Source: Amphiscolops sp. MND2022 (taxonomy: Eukaryota). From it: a stretch of DNA of 64,000 nt. The DNA lies in NCBI GenBank assembly GCA_964187785.1, contig OZ076411.1:24118001-24182000 (forward strand), given 5' to 3'. Shown piece by piece: positions 61,201 to 64,000 of this stretch (position 1 is the first letter of the stretch; the number at the start of each line of letters is the position of its first letter). The notes under the pieces were generated by a model. The model saw nothing but the letters and a program-made list of their open reading frames with translations. It ran no database searches and was not told where the DNA came from. Both the position numbers and the translations under genes were made by a program.

Positions 61201-63488
61201 AGGTACATTACAACACTTAACTTCATGCTTGATTTTCAACCCAGATGATTGAATCAATTTGAATGAGGAATGTGATTTTCAAATTTTGCATTAGCTAGTT
61301 TTTTTACGGCAACATTTTTTGAAGAGATACTCGTGTCTCTTTCGGTATATGGGTTTCCGCTAGTTTTCTGACCATGATAGGTGCCGATTACGAAATTTCG
61401 AAGCATATGGGCCAAAAGTTTAGAAATGTTCTAAAAACTTTTTCGTCTTTTTGAGAAAAGTTCATTTGTGTATAGGGGTAAATGAACCTTTAACTCATTC
61501 AATTATTCTGCTGCTCCATCAACCCAAATTGCTGCTGTTCAGAAAAATGGAAAGTAAATGAAAATGATTGGATAATATGTATATACTAAGAAAACCTCCA
61601 ACTATTTGGTACCCCCGGCTATTCTATTCGAACGTATGAGTAAACTTTTAATACAGATCCACCCCGGCGTGATCAAACATTTTATCAGAATTATGAATTA
61701 ATAATAACTGCAGTGGAGACTTCAGCTGAAGACCTGAAAGTGGATTGAGTGCTGTTAGGTATTAAGTCTTAGATTTTGAATGTGCTCCATACCTCAGTAG
61801 AAGCCACGGAGACAACGGAAACGCCTACTTGATCCTCGAAATCAATATTCTACTGCTTTGGTACGCACCAACATCTTTGTGACCAATCGCTGGACCTTTC
61901 CTGGATACCCATCTCATTAAGTTGTCTAGACAATCAGGGAGACCATTGATTTTGCATATCAGTAGGGAACCGTGAGGAATTAAAATGTGAATTCCGTCAA
62001 ATGGAGACCTGGTTTTTACCAAGCTATGCGTGGATTTTGAAGTCCATCATACCCCAGGCTTAATTGAATTGTAAGGGCTCAAACTTAAAATTTGACATTA
62101 ATAACTGACACAATTAGACGAGTTTACGATGTTTTTAATCGTCATTTTAGTAAAGCTGAACGTAGTGTATCAGTGAATTCATTACATAAGGTCATTATGC
62201 AAGGTCTCTCTCCTGCTACAATAGCCACTAAAACAAGTCGCAAAACTAGCGTTTAGCATTGCTTCTTTTCTTTGCTATTTTGTAGCTTTCAGCTCAAGCA
62301 GTTGCTGTCAGTTCTAGATATTCTGTCGCAGTTGCCTAAAAATTCCTATCGATTTAGCTGTGACTTCTACTGGGAAAACATTTCGGACTTCAAATGCGGT
62401 TGAAGTATTATAATTAACGCTTTTGTTTTGAGGTCATGATTTGGCAATTGAACAGGGTTAATGAGGTACGCTTCATTTTCCCACAAATTTGGTTCATTGC
62501 TATCGCGTTAGTTTTCTTGCACATCGTTTTTTGTCTCAGTGATGTCTATTAAGAGGCTTTTCGCGTTTTTCGAGGGAATATTTTGCGTTTTGTATCAGCA
62601 AACCCCCTCCCCTTTGTCTTCATCCATCTCGCCAAATTTGATGCAATTATATATGCAATGGTTGAGAACTCATAGATCCATGCATTGAACATTTCTCATT
62701 TTCTAGGTTCCAGTTGCTTTGCTTTTTCTGGGTCTAACGCAAGTGTAAGCGAAGCTTTGTTTCGCCTCTGTCTAAATGTGATGTAAAAATGATTGTGCGT
62801 GCATTAGATTTCTAATACATGTAGAAATCCATTGTAAACGCAAAATTGAGATCTTTTTAAATTTCGACGTATTGCGGTCAAAGTCGGAAAGTATCGTTCG
62901 TAGGTGATGTCAGTTGGATTATTGTGTATATCGTTTTTGAGGTTTTAAATGCTAAATTATATTCTTTTACAGCTGAAGTGTTGTGATGATTTTCTAACGG
63001 GACCTCCCTTTTTGTTAACAGGAATGAAAAACACGATGTAATGACAATGCGTTTGAATATAAAGAGGAAGCCTTTGTTCTACAGTGTTAATTTGGTCATG
63101 CCCATAACTCTTGTGTTTGGAATATCGATTCTCACCTTCTTCATTCCTTGTCATTGTCACGAGAAGATCGCTCTGGGAACTACAGTGCTGCTGGCGTTAA
63201 TTATGCTGCAACTAATTGTATCCGAAATAATCCCAGTAAATTCACGAAATTTGCCCTTGCTAGCTTTCTATTTGCTCTTTGCCCAAATAATGATCTTTGT
63301 CTCGCTGCTGTTCTCAGTCATTTCAATGTCGCTTTTCTATCGGGGTCCCAAGACAATCAGTATCCCCGCGGGCCTCAAGAGGAAGATTCTGTTCGTGTGG
63401 CCCAAGTATCTTTGGCTGGATATATACCCCACACATTTCACAATAGACGTCAACAGTGCACTGCATGGAATGGTCTCTATCATTACAG
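40442..63488 (+). CDS. Cys-loop ligand-gated ion channel subunit, nAChR-like non-alpha, cation-selective; 3' end (M4) outside the window
   Basis: Exons 40442-40651, 50172-50326, 58150-58256, 59522-59594(or 59599), 61083(or 61067)-61202 and 63022-63488 join in frame. Motifs: signal peptide, QILEV|DLKNQ, WRPD, Cys-loop CSMDATFFPYDQQSC (C-x13-C), SSEW, RKPLFY, M1, EK-M2 and M3. Confidence 0.92.
43220..43254. repeat. (AG)n microsatellite forming the 3' tail of the adjacent LINE
   Basis: Pure AG/GA run between the left TSD copy and the LINE 3' region. Confidence 0.9.
43221..45141 (-). mobile_element. Young 5'-truncated APE-type LINE (CR1/L2/RTE-like RT) in channel intron 1
   Basis: Open ~500-aa frame with NYRPISLLS, QFGF, LDYEKAFDKVPH, GVPQGSVLGP and LFADD. 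Flanked by a 33-35 bp direct repeat at 43186-43220 and 45142-45174. Confidence 0.93.
47133..49255 (+). CDS. MOSPD2: Motile sperm domain-containing protein 2-like (CRAL-TRIO + MSP + C-terminal TM)
   Basis: Exon 47133-47552 (LLRF..KW CRAL N-terminus), exon 47618-48060 (DMLDAGFSNLDMD..YPE..MPFLFKAAWNVIKGWL), exon from 48129 (donor possibly 48214) and last exon from ~48494 (IKN..VAFKLRLTHP..LRPVSG MSP motif, hydrophobic C-terminus). Linker exon boundaries are uncertain. ATTAAA at 49321. Confidence 0.85.
50172..50326 (+). CDS. Channel exon 2 (loops D and A)
   Basis: ttttcag|DLKNQRLVVSCWPTQEWHDHYVAWNDTEFQEIPVMRLPPTLVWRPDIMVIN|gtgagt. Not in the ORF track because it lacks an ATG. Confidence 0.92.
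50890..51318. repeat. Dispersed repeat with ~60-70 bp GGGTCCCC/CGGCACTGTG tandem units
   Basis: Recurrent gggtccccctt..tttttcggcactgtg(c/a)gact units ending gcgccgacttgggccgttcccgg. Related sequence at ~56030-56640 and ~59890-60560. Confidence 0.6.
51347..51818. mobile_element. TIR element with GACAAAACAGCCGATTTT tandem arms and a central SINE core
   Basis: Left arm repeats at 51353-51425 are mirrored by aaaatcggctgttttgtc x4 at 51715-51812. Right end gcatccc is followed by TTAA. SINE core at 51510-51635. Confidence 0.75.
53028..55086 (+). mobile_element. hAT DNA transposon with decayed transposase, in channel intron 2
   Basis: Perfect 14-bp TIR CAGGGTGGCCACTT. Perfect 8-bp TSD GTGTCAAC (53020-53027, 55087-55094). 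BED finger CKYC..HEQSAMH, MDES, MTDN, CSVH, STRF and VESGFS. Frameshifts near 53505 and ~53950. Confidence 0.95.
55357..55450. repeat. Isolated terminal arm of the GGATGCGGGACAAAAC element
   Basis: Reverse complement of the right end of 51347-51818. Confidence 0.75.
55868..55998 (+). pseudogene. tRNA(Glu)-like pseudogene or SINE head with a partial tandem duplication
   Basis: TGGTCTAGTGGTAAG (A box) and GGTTCGAACCC (B box). The 3' half is repeated and each copy is followed by a T-run. The acceptor stem does not pair. Confidence 0.6.
56030..56640. repeat. Second copy of the GGGTCC/CGGCACT tandem-unit repeat
   Basis: Same unit motifs as 50890-51318. Confidence 0.6.
58150..58256 (+). CDS. Channel exon 3 (loop E, first Cys-loop cysteine)
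   Basis: tttttcag|IDGKFEVGYYANVITASNGQMLWVPPAFYSVFCSM|gtaagt. Phase 2 in, phase 1 out. Confidence 0.92.
58500..59380 (-). mobile_element. Highly decayed LINE ORF2 fragment
   Basis: Minus-strand fragments SSYRLNI..SFEK and QPGF at ~58810-58935 resemble YRPI..FEK..QxGF. Confidence 0.4.
59522..59594 (+). CDS. Channel exon 4 (Cys-loop end, loop B)
   Basis: tttgtttcag|DATFFPYDQQSCEIKFASLTYSSD. Donor is ambiguous (GA at 59595 or GT at 59600). Confidence 0.88.
61083..61202 (+). CDS. Channel exon 5 (loop F, EW motif)
   Basis: LKLLPKSPHADFSDDYSRSSEWDVISSSQKTISEFGEFD|gtacat. The phase-2 donor fits the 63022 acceptor. Confidence 0.85.
63022..63488 (+). CDS. Channel exon 6 (pre-M1, M1-M3, start of the cytoplasmic loop)
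   Basis: tttttgttaacag|..RKPLFYSVNLVMP..FFIPCHCHEKIALGTTVLLAL..PLLAFYLLF..|gttgat. Confidence 0.92.
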
Positions 63489-64000
63489 GTTGATTCATTC
63501 TCTGTTCAATTCTATTGTCCTACTGAAAGTAACTCATTCAAGATGAATAAGACTTCTTTATAATGAGACGTTGTGAAGCTGAAATGATTCCAAGTGCCTC
63601 AGTTCACAAAAGTAGCTAATTATTACACAATGTCCTGATATGTAGATCACACTTTACAGTCTTATATAACCTTATTACTAATAGATAAAGCCAAAAATCA
63701 GTATATCTGGCTTTGGATTTTGGACCGCAAAATAGGAAACAGATGCAAAGTATGGAAAATCGGATCTCGTGAAAATGGAGTTCCGTGAACATCACTGTGT
63801 CATAGGTTGACATTACATAAGTCAGTGGATTCAAGTAATATATTTATAAACATGTCTTTTACTGATTTTTAGTGGACTCCGCTAAAGTAAATCGTGGAGT
63901 CGCCTAACATTTGTAATCAAGTTCTGTTTCAATGGAGCCTATGTTTTGTGTAGAGTTCAACAGCCACGTGATGGCCGATTTCCAGACTTATGTGGACACT

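Overview
AT-rich eukaryotic (metazoan) genomic DNA. It has GT-AG spliceosomal introns and no prokaryotic features; the species cannot be determined from the sequence. Positions ~1-40 kb are almost entirely nested, decayed transposable elements: Ty3/Gypsy gag-pol remnants, APE-type LINEs, CRE-like LINEs with a restriction-like endonuclease, hAT transposase relics, TIR/MITE elements and a tRNA-derived SINE family. Positions ~40-64 kb hold two host genes on the + strand. One is a Cys-loop ligand-gated cation channel subunit (nAChR-like, non-alpha) with six exons from 40442 to 63488, continuing past the window. The other is a compact MOSPD2-like gene (CRAL-TRIO + MSP + TM) nested on the same strand inside the channel gene's first intron. 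Most interesting observations: (1) a ~5 kb spliced, BED-finger, apparently hAT-derived gene lying antisense and directly abutting a Gypsy pol, possibly retrotransposon cargo; (2) the same-strand nested gene; (3) a candidate non-canonical GA-AG intron; (4) SINE-like or structured cores sitting at the centre of several unrelated inverted-repeat elements. All family assignments come from motifs read by eye; no database search was run.
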